Shown one piece after another: positions 40,298 to 53,762 of a stretch of DNA of 64,000 nucleotides (within the stretch, counting starts at the first letter, position 1; each line of letters opens with the position of its first letter). The DNA is from Lama glama (Eukaryota), in contig CM052816.1 in assembly GCA_028534125.1 (NCBI GenBank), forward strand, positions 39,496,001 to 39,560,000, written 5' to 3'. The notes below the pieces were generated by a model. The model did not search any database and was not told the origin of the DNA. It saw only the letters and a program-made list of their open reading frames with translations. The position numbers and the translations under genes were made by a program.

Positions 40298-40402
40298 TTT
40301 CTTTTCCTTTTTTTCCCACCCCCCCACAGAAGTACTAGTGATTAAACCCAGGACTTCACGCACGCTAAGCATGTGTTCTACCACTGAGCTATATCCACCC
40401 TC
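40298..40402 (-). mobile_element. tRNA-derived SINE (camelid Vic-1-like)
   Basis: Minus strand reads ggatatagctcagtggtagaacacatgcttagc...cctgggtttaatc; TSD gaaaattca at 40289-40297 and 40405-40413. Confidence 0.9.
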
Positions 40403-40477
40403 TGGAAAATTCAATTCTACAACAGACCCAGTAAACAAAACATAGATCTCACCAGAACTAGAGCTTGGAAAGTAACA

Positions 40478-40573
40478 CAAAATTATTTCTGTTTGCAGGT
40501 GATGTGGTCCTCCTATAAGCAGAAATCCCTAAAGACTCCACAATAAAACTGCTAGAAGAAATAAGCAAACTCA
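40478..40573 (+). mobile_element. Old L1 ORF2 RT fragment
   Basis: ctgtttgcaggtgatgtggtc (decayed LFADDM motif) and aaaactgctagaagaaataa. Confidence 0.7.
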
Positions 40574-40574
40574 C

Positions 40575-41046
40575 TGATGATTAATACATCAGTTTGACCT
40601 CGCCCATTCAGTCAGACTTCACTCTGGTGTGTCTGTGAAGGTGCTTCTAGACGGGATTAGCATTTGATTCAGCAGACTAAGTAAAGCAGATTGACTTCTA
40701 TCATGTTGGTGATCCCCATCCCATCAATTGAAGACCTGAATAGAACAAAAAGGCTGGATAAGAGGGAATACTGCCTGCCTGCCTGACTGTATGAGTTGGG
40801 ACATTAATCTTCTCCTGCCCTTGAACTGGAACTTACACTATCCGCTCTCCCGAGTCTCAAGCCATTGGACTCAAACTAGACCTACACTACCTGATATTTC
40901 TGGGTCTCCAGCTTTCTGACTGCACATCTTGGGACTTTTCAGCCTCTGAAGTCACACAAGCCAATTCCTTGTAACAAATCTCTCTACCTAGATACAGATA
41001 TAGGTACCCTATTGGTTCTTTTTCTCTGAAGAATCCTGACTAATAC
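40575..41046 (+). mobile_element. MLT2-type ERVL solo LTR
   Basis: gtgtgtctgtgaaggtgcttctagacgggattagcatttga...gaatcctgactaatac. Confidence 0.88.
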
Positions 41047-41577
41047 CATGAATCTCTTGCATTTCTTCTTATCTTCTAAGCAGAACCACTGGCAGCTTTT
41101 GTTCTGAGCTTTTTTTTTTTTTTTTAGTCTAAGAATAACAATTGAAGCTAGAGATAGGGCCTCCATCTGGGATGACAGAGGACAGATTTGCCTACTGTCT
41201 AGCATAATAAATATAATTATTCCATTGTAATATGGATACTTTGCCCAGCTACAGGGTAAACAGCAAGTTTATTTACAGTTTTGTATAAAAGATTCAGGCT
41301 CCTTAAACTCAAGTCCCCTCTCCTGTAAGACAACCCAGTACATGTGCAGTATTCACCTTATGATCACAGGATCATCGCGTCACCATTGGTGAATGAAGGC
41401 CCAGGAAACCAGTCTAAGAAAAATGGTAGTAATCTTGCTATTTCTATAAATAATAAAGTGTCCTTGTCTCTGACTTGGGGATCTTTTGCATTCTTCTAGC
41501 ATCCATGACATTGTGCAAGGTGAGCTTGTTAGCTTGAAAGTAGGGTAAAAATCTCAAATGATTCCTAAATCTTGATA
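41047..41577 (+). mobile_element. LTR40-like ERVL LTR
   Basis: tataaaagattcaggctccttaaactc...agcatccatga...cttgttagcttgaaagtagggtaaaaatctca. Confidence 0.8.
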
Positions 41578-42569
41578 TGTCCTGTGCTTTGTAGTTTTTA
41601 ATCGCTGAATACAGTGCATCATTTTATGCTACTGTGGATGTATTTAAGCTAAATTTCCAAAATAACAACAGACGCAATATTACGTCCTCTGAAAATGATG
41701 ATGTCTAATTTGAATTAGTTGGTCTATAAAACGCATTCTTGAGGAAGCATGCAAGGCATATTTTTTACACCATACTTGTGAAATATATTCAAATATTTCA
41801 AATAAAATACAATTAGAGAAGTCAAGGGAAATTTTCCCCATAACAGAGATTGAGCACTGGATAAGATAGTTACCATATACTTGGATAAAATGTCTAACTT
41901 TTTCTTTTGGATTTGGGAAATGATCAGGATAAAACTTTCAGGTAATGTCCCCCCCACATGTCAAGTATTGGTTACTTTTTTCTGCAGAGAGTCCCATTGC
42001 TCTCCTGTACTTCTGACAATGTTCCTTTAATTTGATAAATGTGTTGTGTTCAATGGAAAATAGCTAAAATAACCTGAAATTGTTTATACTCCTGTTGTGT
42101 TCTGAATTTACAAAGGCTTCTAAAAAATAATGCTTGAGGCTGGGAACATTATGAATATTTCAGTGGAACTGAATATGTCAAAATGTAGGGGGAAATGCCT
42201 GTCAGATACGCAGAATAAATGAATGGAACTACAATTGAAAAGTATAATGCATCCTTCTCAACAGATTTGTTCTGTGTTGGAGAACTTGCTGGTGAATGGA
42301 AATGGCAGGACTACAATAGTTTGGGAAATGACAGTGAATTAAAGTTATGAAAATGCATTCAATAACATATGGTGAAAAGAAAGATTATTAAACTTGAAAA
42401 GATAAATACTAGTATCCATTATGCTAACTGTAAATTATGGCTGGTAGAGGAAAAACCGATCAGTCTCTTTTGCATTTCATGTTCTACAGAAAGGAATTTA
42501 ACCTTACAGTTAGGTAGAAATAAGGGGAGAAAATATATATTGCATAAAATGAGAGCTCTGGCAGGTATC

Positions 42570-42900
42570 TGTTCATCTTTGAATTCAGCATTTATTTAGC
42601 ACCTATTTTGTGTCAGCCACAGAGGAAATGCGGAGAGCATTAGAGACAGTTATTAGCATTAGGGACAGGAAGAAGAATAGGACATAAGGATATAAGCTGT
42701 GTCTGACAGGTGGGTAGGTTAATAGTTCAGGATCTTATATGTGCTAAGCACTAGATAAGGTTCAGCTAGCATGGCTGAGAAGCCACCCTGAAGGAGAAGG
42801 AGACTGTGACCCAGACTGAGGTAACAGGGATCTCCTGAACGGGGCCTTCAGGGCAAGCAGAGCCCATCTGAGCATAATACAGTAGAGGGCAGTGGCAGAT
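42570..42900 (-). mobile_element. L2 3' fragment
   Basis: attcagcatttatttagcacctattttgtgtcag. Confidence 0.6.
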
Positions 42901-43774
42901 GTCGAGGCCAGGAAAAGAGCGAAAGTATAATCCAAACTGAGATCTGCACAAAGCTCACTGTGATGACACTACAGAGTACAAACAGCAGTAAGATAAACCT
43001 TGATCCAAACCTTGTCCCTGACCTTGAATAAGTTCCTCAGCTTTATCTGGTGTCCCATGTCCTCATCTAAAAAATGTGGGTAAATGAATTCTTTAACATT
43101 TTTTTCTACCTGCAATTATTTATGATTCTATGGATTTTAAAAACAAAATGTTTGTTTGCAACTCAACTAGTCTATCCTCAAAATACTGGTAATACTTTAT
43201 TGTTATCTTTGAAGTCAGTAAACCTGTACAAAATTTTAAGAGTGGTGTAGATAATCCTGTCAGCTTTCCCGTATCTTTACTTGATTTTCTCCTTGAAGCC
43301 AAGAACTTGTGTTATCCAGGAATCATGTTATGAAACCTCTCTTAGATATACCCACTGAAAATGGACCTCCAAATCCTTAACCCTTTTATCCTGCCTACCA
43401 AAAGGTATGTTTTATTGCCTATATTCTCACATTTGTACTAAGTAATATGAGAAATTAATTCACAATCAACAATGAACTGTATCAATTATATTAAAAAAGA
43501 TTCCTTTTCCAACTGTATTTTGCAAGAGATTCATGGAATGAACCATGGTTTAACACGGGTTGATTTACTGCTAATGGGGGAATGAGGTCGTAATAACAGG
43601 TGGTGGGAAAAAGATTTAAAATATAAAAACTTTTTAATGGCCCCCATTAAACACACTATGAAAATATCCTATCTACCTACATGTAAGGCAAGTTCTGATA
43701 TTCTTAACATTGGAAAGGTGCAGATATAACTCTATGGGGTTTGAGTTCAAAGCTAATAATAATAAATGAAGATA

Positions 43775-44345
43775 GACCAAAGAATCAGAAGACCAGGTTT
43801 TTGTTGTCTTTCATACTTAGTATTTGTGGATCCCTGTAATGGACTGAATGTTTGCATCCTCTGAATATTTACATGATAAAACCCTAATCCCAGTATGATG
43901 GTATTTGGAGGTAGGACTTTGGAAGATGAGGTCATGAGGGTGGGATCCTCATGAATGGAATTAGTGCCCTTATAAGAAGAGGCTGGCGAGCTAGCTAGCT
44001 CCTTCTGCCCTGAGAGAATACAATGAGAAGTCAGCAGTCTGCAACCTGGACGACGGCTTTCACCAGAACCTGATCATGATCATGCGGGCATTGTGATCTC
44101 AGACTTCTAACCCTCCAGCACATGAGAAATAAATTTATCAGCATCCCAGTCTGTGGTACTGTGTTACAGTAGCACGAGCTGACTACACAGTCCTTAAACA
44201 GTGCACTTTGTTGTCCAGATTCTTAGCTTCTGCTTCTTTAAGAATGTCAAACATAACTGTCTTCAGTTATGTTGTAATAATTAAATGAAGAATATGTATT
44301 TGAAAGCTCACTATAAAGTCTAGAGAAAAGTATAAATGTAATTGA
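43775..44345 (+). mobile_element. MIR split by an MLT1A LTR
   Basis: MIR 5' part 43775-43834 and 3' part 44190-44345 (gttgtaataattaaatgaagaatatgtatttgaaagc). Confidence 0.55.
43835..44189 (+). mobile_element. MLT1A-type MaLR solo LTR
   Basis: tgtaatggactgaatgtttgcatcc...gaattagtgcccttataagaagag...gagctgactacaca; degenerate TSD atccc/gtcct. Confidence 0.92.
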
Positions 44346-44430
44346 TTATTTTATTTTAGGTAATAACACACAAATCTATCAAATAAATTTTTAAAACGTT
44401 GTATGAAGAACTACAGCTTAGAGGCTATGG

Positions 44431-45667
44431 TGCTGGATCATATAGTAACTCTATTTTTAGTTCTTTAAGGAACCTCCATATTTGTTCTCCATAGTGGCTG
44501 CACCAATTTACATTCCCACCAACAGTGTAGGAGGGTTCTTTTTTCTCCACATCCCCTCCAGCGTTTATTATTTGCAACTATATGCCAATAAAATAGACAA
44601 CCTAGAAAAAATGGACAATTTCTTAGAAAGGTACAGTCTCCCAAGACTGAATCAGGAAGAAATAGACAATATCAACAGACCAATTACAGGTACCAAACTT
44701 GAATCAATTAAAAAGCTCCCAACATACAAAAGTCCAGGACCAGATGGCTTCACAGGTGAATTCTGTCCACATTTAAAGAGGTAACACCTATCCTTCTGAA
44801 ACTATACCAAAAATTTGCAGAGGAAGGACTGCTTTTGAACTCATTCCACCATCACCCTGATACCAAAACCAGGTATCATGAAAAAGAAAATTACAGGCCA
44901 ATGTCACTGATGAATACAGATGCAAAAATACTCAACAAAATACTAGCAAAATCCAACAATGCATTAAAAGGATCATACACCATAATCAAGTGGGATTTAT
45001 CCCAGGGATGCAAGGATTTTTCAATACCCACAAATCAGTGTAATACACCACATTAACAAATTAAAGAATAAAAACCATATGTTCATTTCAATAGATGCAG
45101 AAAAAGCTTTTGATAGAATTTAACATCCATTTAAGATAAAAAATCTCCAGAAAGTGGGCACAGAGGGAACTTATCTCAACATAATAAAGGCCATATATGA
45201 CAAATCCACAGCTAACATCATATTCAATGGTGAAAAGCTGAACACATTTTCTCTAAGATCAGGAAAAAGACAAGGATGCCCACTCTTGCCATTTTTATTC
45301 AACAAAATTTTGAAAGTTCTAGCCACAGCAATCAAAGAAAAAGAAAGGAATCCAAATTTGAAAAGAAGTAAAACTGTCACAGTTTGCAGATGACACGACA
45401 CTATACATAGAAAAAATTCTAAAGAAGCTACCAGAAAACTACTAGAGCTTATCCACAAATTCAGTAAAGTTGCAGGATACAAAATTAATACACAAAAATC
45501 TGTTGCATTTCTATGAATTAACAGTGAAGTATCAGGAAAAGAAATTAAGGAAACAATCCCATATACCATCACATCAAAAAGAATAAAATACCTAGGAATA
45601 AACCTGCCTAGGGAAGCAAAAGACCTGTACTGCGAAAACTGTAAGACACTAATGAAAGAAATTGAAG
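44431..45667. mobile_element. Rearranged L1: minus-strand ORF2 C-terminal piece (44431-44574) joined to plus-strand RT region (44575-45667)
   Basis: Orientation switches at ttatttg|caactatatgcc. Plus part encodes [17 protein letters not shown]...[12 protein letters not shown] and SGKRQGCPL. Confidence 0.9.
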
Positions 45668-45699
45668 TCCAACATCTTTTAGGTCTTTCTTTTTGTGTT

Positions 45700-46780
45700 C
45701 TACAGGCAATAAATTTCTCATTTACAAATTTTACTTAAGCCCATTTATGCTGGTACTCACAACTCTGCCCATGGCTATTGGGACTCTTACAACAAAGGTT
45801 ATGGAGTCTATCCAAATGCAATACAATACCAATCTCATCAATGCCCACAAGAAACTCCTTGATTATGGAGCATTTAGCAACATCCTTTAATGCCCCTTGG
45901 AGTGTCTGGATCACCCATGATGAACCATAAGTAGTCCACTGGCTTCTGATGCAAGAAATTGCCTTCTTCAATCTCACACTATGGTAGAATAGTGGCAACT
46001 TCTGAGCACATACTCTAATCTCCTGGAAATAAAGTCTCTTACAGAGCATGAGCCTGTAACCCTCTATACTCAGACATCCATTATGCCTTGGTTCACACAA
46101 GCAGCATCTTTCAATCTTGGCACAGTCAGAGTCCCCCTTACCTAAATAAAAAGTACACTTAAGGGATAGAGTCAAACCTGGTCTCTCTAGTGTATCATAC
46201 CCATAGGAGGAGGTAGCTTTTCCAGTCCTCAGTCTGTTGACACATGTCATGATGCTGGAGGAGGTCACCCCTAATCTTGGACTCCTTGGCTACTTGGGGA
46301 GCACCTTTTGAACATCAAAGGGAAACTTTGTATTTATGGATGGCAGTGTTGTCCTTACATGTAACAAGAGTTTCTAGGAAGCCATTGCTTTTCATCCCTT
46401 AACTGAAATGCCCTTGATAAAGGATGGGGCTGAAGGGTTAGCACAATTAACTAAGCTTCAACATTTTTACAGACTCTTGGGCCGCTGCCCATCTGATCTG
46501 GCCAACAGAAGCAACAACAATTTCCTATCGAAGTCTTCCTCCTTTAGATAAAAGCTCTGGAGTCTCTTGATGCACAGATTTTGAAAACGTAAGTCAAAGT
46601 CACACATGTCTCTACATATATTAAATCCTCACCAAGATGCTCCTTGTCACTTTCAGGGTTTAGTCATTACTGATTGTGACCAAAACATCCATTTCACTTC
46701 CTAAAACAAAACACTGGGCTTTTGAAGAAGCCATTTAGGAGAACTTTTGAATCCCCTACCAGCCTTAGGCGACAGCCTTC
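45700..46780 (+). pseudogene. pol: Decayed ERVL (class III) pol: RT tether, RNase H and integrase core fragments
   Basis: Hand translation gives GF*CKKLPSS..QLL, IMPW (46080), K*KVHLRDRVKPG..EEVA, LATWGAPF, FMDGS (46333) and DQNIHFT (46678). These match ERVL pol motifs in the expected order, with stops and frameshifts. Confidence 0.8.
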
Positions 46781-46889
46781 AAAGAGTTAGCTAAGCCACA
46801 TAGCTTATGTAAACAAATTCAAATGAAAATAAGTGAAACATGCACATTTTAGTTGTCAGTCAAACATCAGGGGTGAAATACAATGAAGA

Positions 46890-47278
46890 GTTTGACTTCA
46901 ACTTTGATGACTGGATGCTGAGAGTGTTTAAGTCACATCTCTTCCCTCCTTCTCCTCTTCACATCCGGGCATGCTGACAAGGAAGTCCTGACATTCCCTC
47001 TTTGGTGTTGGTGGAACTTCAAGCCATGCCAGCTCTGGCCCCACCCCTAAGCACCATAGAACACTAACCCTCCTAAATACTCTAGACACCAAGTCACCCT
47101 ATCTGCACATTTTGGAGCTGTTGGGGAATCTTTCCTGCCTTCTCCCCAAAGAGCCTCATTATACAAGTAACAAATGCTTCCATATATTCTTGTTGCATGT
47201 GTGGTGTCATCAGGCTGGGTAGCTGAATCAAATTTTGGGTCAGGTAGCCCATCTACCCTCTGTGGAATGACCATAATA
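46890..47278 (+). mobile_element. MER74-like ERVL LTR, probably the 3' LTR of the pol relic
   Basis: cacatccgggcatgctgacaaggaag...agcctcattata...aaattttgggt...tgaccataata; same strand as pol. Confidence 0.7.
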
Positions 47279-47279
47279 G

Positions 47280-47572
47280 CTTACTTGCAATTTTCACTCT
47301 CCCTTGTAATGAGATAGTCCCACATGGCTATCTAAGAAATGTGGTGACTCGTGTAACCTTGAGACCGAAGCAGCTAGCAGCTGGCATGTCTCTTCCACAC
47401 TTCATCTTCCCCTGCTATACAACCACAGGGCTGCGTTTTACAGTTGGCTTAGCCAGAAACAAGACTTAGGAAAGACACCCGATCTGCATCAGAGTATAAA
47501 AAGTGAGAAATACACTCCCACAGTTCAGCCATAGTTGTCTATTAGGGCAGTTAGATAAATGACCCTAATACA
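47280..47572 (+). mobile_element. Old MLT1-like LTR fragment
   Basis: gtgagaaatacactccc...ccctaataca terminus. Confidence 0.45.
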
Positions 47573-48529
47573 TAAGGAGATGATATTTGTTGATTTCTAG
47601 ATTCACCCAGATGATTTTCTCACATATTTCATGTGAGACCCAGCAGGACTCAGCCTGGGTATTAGCCCAGCACTCTGTGTGGTCTGAGCAGACTGTCACT
47701 TTGCTGCTGTGACAGAAGAAATTTCATAAAGGCTTTCTGCTAACAGCCATTGTGTGTGAATTTCCTTGCTGAATTCCTTTTGTTTCAGAATTAGAGAAGC
47801 AGTCTTGTAGAGCTGGGGAATGTAAAATCCTATCTGTTAGCTCAGATCTGGTATTGTGTCATGGTGTGAGCTGAGTGATCTAAGATAAAGGTGATAATAG
47901 AAGGTTTTACATATACACGTATACTTATGAAATAATATAGGTTGGTTCTATAAGATATGTGAGACAACATGTGTAAGTAATGGAAGTTCATATATACAGG
48001 CTTGTATATGAGATAAATTTACATGCTGCCCATTTCAAGAACCCTGGTATTGTATTTCCTTTATTATTGCTGCTATCATTGTTATTTTTCCTTGTTTTTA
48101 ATTAACCCCTAATCCAGTAATACCTTAACAGCAAAACATTTGATAAAGCAAATAATTTCCTAGGAAGGCCTTGACTGAATGGGATGTGGTTTTATCCAGC
48201 TAGGGTGGAGCCTGAATTGAGGATGAGGAAGCTTTTGATTTGGAGTTCTCCTCTTGTGGACAGGGACACAGTCAACCTGAATTCAACATGACAGCACTTG
48301 GTATCTTAGGTGGGAGTAGAGACGGAATGCTGGAAAAATCTAAGGGGCTCAGATGAGGAAGTATTAAAAGCATAATGATTTTTATCACCTATGCTATAAT
48401 CTACATAATGTAGATTGACATTTGTAGCCTTTACCTGTTTTTCTACATTCATTTCTTATAGTTCTGTGAAGTATTTTGTTATTATTAATATTATTGTTAT
48501 ACATTATTATCATTATTATAATTAACTTG

Positions 48530-48640
48530 TTTACTGGAATGCCAAATGAAGCTCAGGAAGGTTATATGACTTAGGTAAAATTAGTAAAAAATGGAGCTGT
48601 GTCTTCTGATTCAAGAAGCAGTACCCTTATACTCAGCCAT
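48530..48640 (-). mobile_element. MIR fragment
   Basis: aaatgaagctcaggaaggttatatgactt. Confidence 0.55.
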
Positions 48641-49987
48641 TCTGTCCTCTTTAGGGGAAAAAAAATCTTAAATATCCTGCTTATGTGTGTGACATACAGG
48701 AAATGCATCACTTTTATTTCGTAAAGTATATAGTTTTTCATAGTAAAGTACAATACTTCCTCCTATTGCTCCTTTGTCTGCAACAGAATGCTAAGTAGGC
48801 AGTAATATTGGTCTGCAAGTGTGGGATCGGAACAGCAGGCTAACAGTCAAATTTCATGAGGACAGAGAAAGAGAACAGAAAGAGGGAACCAATGGCTTCT
48901 AACTCGAAATGTCTGACATATGCGGCTCTCTCCCTGTTTTTGCTTTAAAATGTTAGGTATGTCTTTTCTAGTTTTCAAAAAGATGATTCAAGTTCTGTGG
49001 TACAGGAAGATGTCTATGTTGTTTGCGGTAATAAGAGCTGAGACTTGCTTGGTGTGTGGTGCACAGCACCGCATGTGAAGTCACTTATTATTCTACCAGA
49101 CAAGAAGTGCCTGGGCACCAGGACCTGCTGGAGACTAACGAGGCATGGCTTTCATTTATGAGGACAATTAACACAACGGGTTTTCCTCTAGCCTGTTGTG
49201 TTGATAAATTAAGTAACTCCTCTACTGCCACAGACAAGTTATACCGGGCAGCATCATAAGCTTAATGTTACAACCACTCTACTCAGCTAGACGTCACTTT
49301 TCCATTTCTTCCTTTTAATATCCTCATTATCGGTGAAACCACATCTTCATGTAGAGATTTCTCACTGATGAAAACACCAAGATTTCTATTAACTAAAGCA
49401 AAATAAATGCTTAATAACCTATTACCAGGATGCTCTGAAACTACTCTGTCAACTCCTCCTTAATGGGAGTTGTTACTGATATAAATAAGAAAGCAGAAGC
49501 AAATAGTAAGTTTAAATTACCAGTGCTGGGAGATGAGGGGTGCTTGAATGTGTGATTCTGAAGATGCCTTTTACCTTCCAAAGCAGCCTGAGGACTTCAG
49601 TAGTATTATTTTTCATAGTCCAATGCCACACAGAATGGTAAATGAAGAGGTAGGACAAAAAAATTGACTCTATACTGAGAATCTCACATATATTTGCTCG
49701 TGAATCAAGGAATAGGACTTAAAGCTGAAGCTGAGTCTATAATAATAACATGAATAAAGTCTGTCACTTGCCTCAGGACAACCAGTTCACTTAAATGACC
49801 ATTCTTAGTCACCTTTAATATAGTAAGGTAAGGACTGTGGTTGATGGAAGAATAATACCTTCTTAAGAGGAAATTATTACTCAACAGTAGACATGCAGAA
49901 ACAATCTATATTGCTAGATCTGTCGATTTTTCTAAATAAATCACAAATATATAATTTTAAGCAAAAATTTCCCAACTAAGACATGAT

Positions 49988-50160
49988 GGGAAAGAGAAGG
50001 AAAAAGAAGGTGGAAAGAAAGAGAAAGAAAGAGAGAAAGAACGAAAAAGAGAGAAAGAGAAAGGAAGAGAGAAAAAGAGAGAGAGAGAAAGGAAGAAAGA
50101 GAAAAAGAGAAAGAAACAGATGGAGGGAAGGAGAGAGTAAGGAAGGAAGGAAGGAAGGAA
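49988..50160. repeat. Polypurine low-complexity tract (GAAA/GA/GGAA)
   Basis: Directly visible. Confidence 0.95.
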
Positions 50161-51079
50161 ATAAATTCCTGTCCAGTTCTGGACTCTAAATTTCCACTTT
50201 GCCACTTCTGATCAGGTTAGTGCCCTAGATTTTTATTTTTCCAAATAAAAAATATATATGTTTTCACCAATAATATACTCTCATGTTTCTGAGAGGTAGT
50301 AAAGTGATAATTTTCCAAGAAGCAAATTTGAAACACATATGCTGAAAATCTGTATAAGGGATTAAGTCGCTCAGTTGATAGTTAAACTATGTACATTGCA
50401 AAGAACCATGGCTTATCTCTACTTACTGGAACATGTAGAAAAACTCCTTTGATTTAACTTTTACTCTGGATGTGAAGTGCTCTGAAAATAAGCTTAAGTA
50501 TCAATAATGGCTCCTAGCCATAAAATAAGATTTAAGTAAGTAACTTTAAGTAAATTAAAGTGTATAGTAGAATGGATTTGTGAATTTTTACATTTGTGAA
50601 TGGCTATGAACATATACATCATGACTGTCACTGGTCTGGTATGATCAGATCACCTAAAATGTCATTAGGATAATAAAAGTTTATAGTGGCTAGATATATG
50701 TGAAAGAACAACTGCAAGATTATCAGAAATGTTCACTAATTATAAAATAATTCTACTAATGTATAACATGTGAAACACATATGTAACTGACAATCTCACT
50801 GGAACTTCAAAACACTCTTAGGCTACTAATCAGGGTGTGGTCTAGGATCACCCTTAACATTGTCTCTACATACACTGTACTCTATTTGCAGCTTTTATGG
50901 TCAGTTAAATAGACTATTATTGTTATGGAACAGATTCGCTGTTCCGCCAAGGGTCATTTTCCTGAAAACAGCTTTATATCATGTTGTTACAAGTTAAACT
51001 GACAAACCAACAAGCACCTTCTGAACACCAGTTTAGTGGGTCATCTGCTTAGCTCAGATGTGCTCAGAATCTAATCATA

Positions 51080-51275
51080 AACTCAAGACAGACACTCAAG
51101 AACAATTAGAGGATAGGATGAAAAGTGTAGTATCAGCACTCAGTAGTTTCAAGAGGGAGAAAGAGCCATGTGACTTGAACAATCCACAGGGCTTTCATGG
51201 AGGACATGGGCTAAGCCAGGTTTTGGAAGATGAGTAGAATTTTAACAAGTGGGAAGAAGCAGAAAGAGCCATCAA
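51080..51275 (-). mobile_element. L2 fragment
   Basis: agggctttcatggaggac...ttttggaagatgagtagaattttaaca. Confidence 0.6.
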
Positions 51276-51504
51276 CAAAGGTAGCCTATTCTTTATCCCA
51301 TGAGATGACCAATAAAATTTGTTCTCAGAACACTAGACATGCACTAATTTACCTCAGTGTATCCAGGTTTCCTTGGATAATTAACTACCAAATGATAAGA
51401 ACAGCCATTTTTGAGCATTTAGTAGTAGACATATGGTAGTAAGGACACACTTTTGATAATGAGGAGAAACATTGTAATTCTTAGCATTTTACAGCATAAT
51501 GTAT

Positions 51505-53524
51505 GTATCAGTCAGGGTTACCTAAAGGAAGAGAATCCATGGGATACAAGTGTATATATTAAAAGATTTTTTTCATTGGCTCTGCAATTGTGGGAGCTGG
51601 CAAGTTTGAAATCCACTTGGCAAGGAAGTCCAAAAAAATCTTTTAAGGTAGACCAGAAGGCTGGAAACTCAGTCAGTGCTAATGCTGCAATTTTCATGCA
51701 GCATTTCTTCTCAAGGAAGACTTTTTTCCATTCTTAAGGCATTTCAGCTGATTGAATAAGGATCACCACATTGTCAAGGGTAATCTCCTTTATTTAAAGT
51801 CAACTCATTGTTTATATGGAATCATAGAAGACCCAGGATTGCCAAAGCAATACTGAAGAAAAAGAATGAAGCTGGAGGAATAACCTCAGACTTCAGACAA
51901 TATTACATGGCCACAGTAATCAAAACAGTGTGGTACTGACATAAAAACAGGCATATGGATCAATGGAACAGAACAGAGAGCCCAGAAATAAACCCACAGA
52001 CCTAGGATCAATCTTCAACAAAGGAGGCAAGAATATACAATGGAGAAAAGACAGTCTCTTCAGCAAGTAGTGTTGGGAAAACTGGACAGCAGCATGTAGA
52101 TTAATGAAGTTAGAATACTCCTTCACTCCATACACAAAAATAAACTCACAATGGCTTAAAAGACTTAAATATAAGACAAGAAATGATAAATCTCCTAGAA
52201 GAAAACATGGACAAAACATGCTCTGACATAAATCTTAGCAATGCTCTCCTAGGGCAGTCTATCCAGGCAACAGAAATAAGAGCAAAATTTAACAACTGGG
52301 ACCTAATTAAACTTATAAACTTTTGCACAGCAAAGGAAACCATAAGCAAAACAAAGGAACTACCCACAGAGTGGGAGAAAATATTTGCAAATGATGCGAC
52401 TGAGAAAGGCTTGATTTCCAGAATATATAAACAGCCCATACAACTCAATTTACAACAAAAAAACCCAAACAACCCAACTAAGAAATGGGCAGAAAACCTA
52501 AACAGACATTTATTTCTGCAATGAAAACATACAAATGGCCAATAGGCACAAAAGATGCTCAATATCACCAATTATTTGAGAAATGCAAATCAAAACTACA
52601 ATGAAATACTACCTCACCCCAGTCAGAATGGCCATCATTCAAAACTCCACAAAAGATAAATGCTGGAGAGGGTGTGGAGAAAAGGGAACCCTCCTACACT
52701 GTTGGTGGGAATGTAGTTTGATGCAGCCATTATGGAAAACAGTATGGAGATTCCTCAAAAAACTAAAAATAGACTTACTATATGATCCAGCAATTCCATT
52801 CCTGGGCATATATCTGGAGAGAACACTAATTTGAAAAGATACATGTACCACAGTGTTCATAGTAGCACTATATACAATAGCCAAGAGATGGAAGCAACCT
52901 AAATGTCCATTGACAGATGACTGGATAAAGAAATTGTGGTATATTTATACAAGGGAATACTACTCAGCCATAAAAATAATAAAATAATGCCATTTGCAGG
53001 AACATGGATGGAACTAGACATTGTCATTCTAAGTGAAGTAAGCCAGAAAGAGAATGAAAAATATCATATATTACTCATATGTGGAATCTAAAAAAAAAAA
53101 GGAAAATTAAAAAAAAGGACATTATAAACTCATCTACAAAACAGAAACATGGTTACTGGGGAAAGGAGTTGGGAAGGGATAAATTTGGGAGTTTGATATT
53201 CATAAATGTTAGCCACTATGTATGAAAATAGATTTTAAAAAGTTTCTTCTGTATAGCACAGGGAACTGTTCAATATCTTGTAATAACCTTTAATGAAAAA
53301 GAATATGAAAACAAATGTATGTATGTATATGCATGACTGGGACACTGCTGTACACCAGAAATTGACATATTGTAACTGACTGTACTTCAACTAAAAAATA
53401 AAGTCAACTCATTGTAATTGTTAAACATATCTACAAAATACTTTGTCAACAACCCTAGATTAGTATTTGTTTAAATAACTGGGTAATATAGCCTTGCCAA
53501 GTGAACTCACAAAATTAACCATAA
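51505..53524 (-). mobile_element. MLT2-type LTR split by an L1 (LTR parts 51505-51811 and 53416-53524)
   Basis: tgtatcagtcagggtt start; gccaagtgaactcacaaaattaaccat end; removing the L1 rejoins the two halves. Confidence 0.8.
51812..53398 (+). mobile_element. 5'-truncated lineage-specific L1 with 17-bp TSD
   Basis: ORF2 C-terminal peptides ([33 protein letters not shown]); perfect TSD taaagtcaactcattgt at 51795-51811 and 53399-53415. Confidence 0.96.
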
Positions 53525-53529
53525 TAGCA

Positions 53530-53762
53530 TGTGTTCGGACTGTGGATTCTGGAGTCAGACTTCCTGGAATTGGACTTGGATTCCACCGAATGTGAAATTG
53601 AACTGCTCAGACTGTTCCACAACTTTGTGTTGAAAATAGGAATGACACTAGGATAACCTATATCATGAAGAAGTTTTGAATATATATGTGCTAATATAGG
53701 TGAAGCACTTAGAGCAGTGCCTGGTGTGTAGTAAGCTGTGAGCAAATATTAGCTATTACTGC
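53530..53762 (+). mobile_element. MIR
   Basis: ggattctggagtcagacttcctgg...aagcacttagagcagtgcctggtgtgtagtaagc. Confidence 0.85.

Noticed and set aside
45735..46268. 177-aa minus-strand ORF
   Set aside because: Antisense to the decayed ERVL pol; no recognisable domain.
49957..50205. K/R/E-rich and F/S/L-rich ORFs
   Set aside because: Translation of the GA-rich low-complexity tract.
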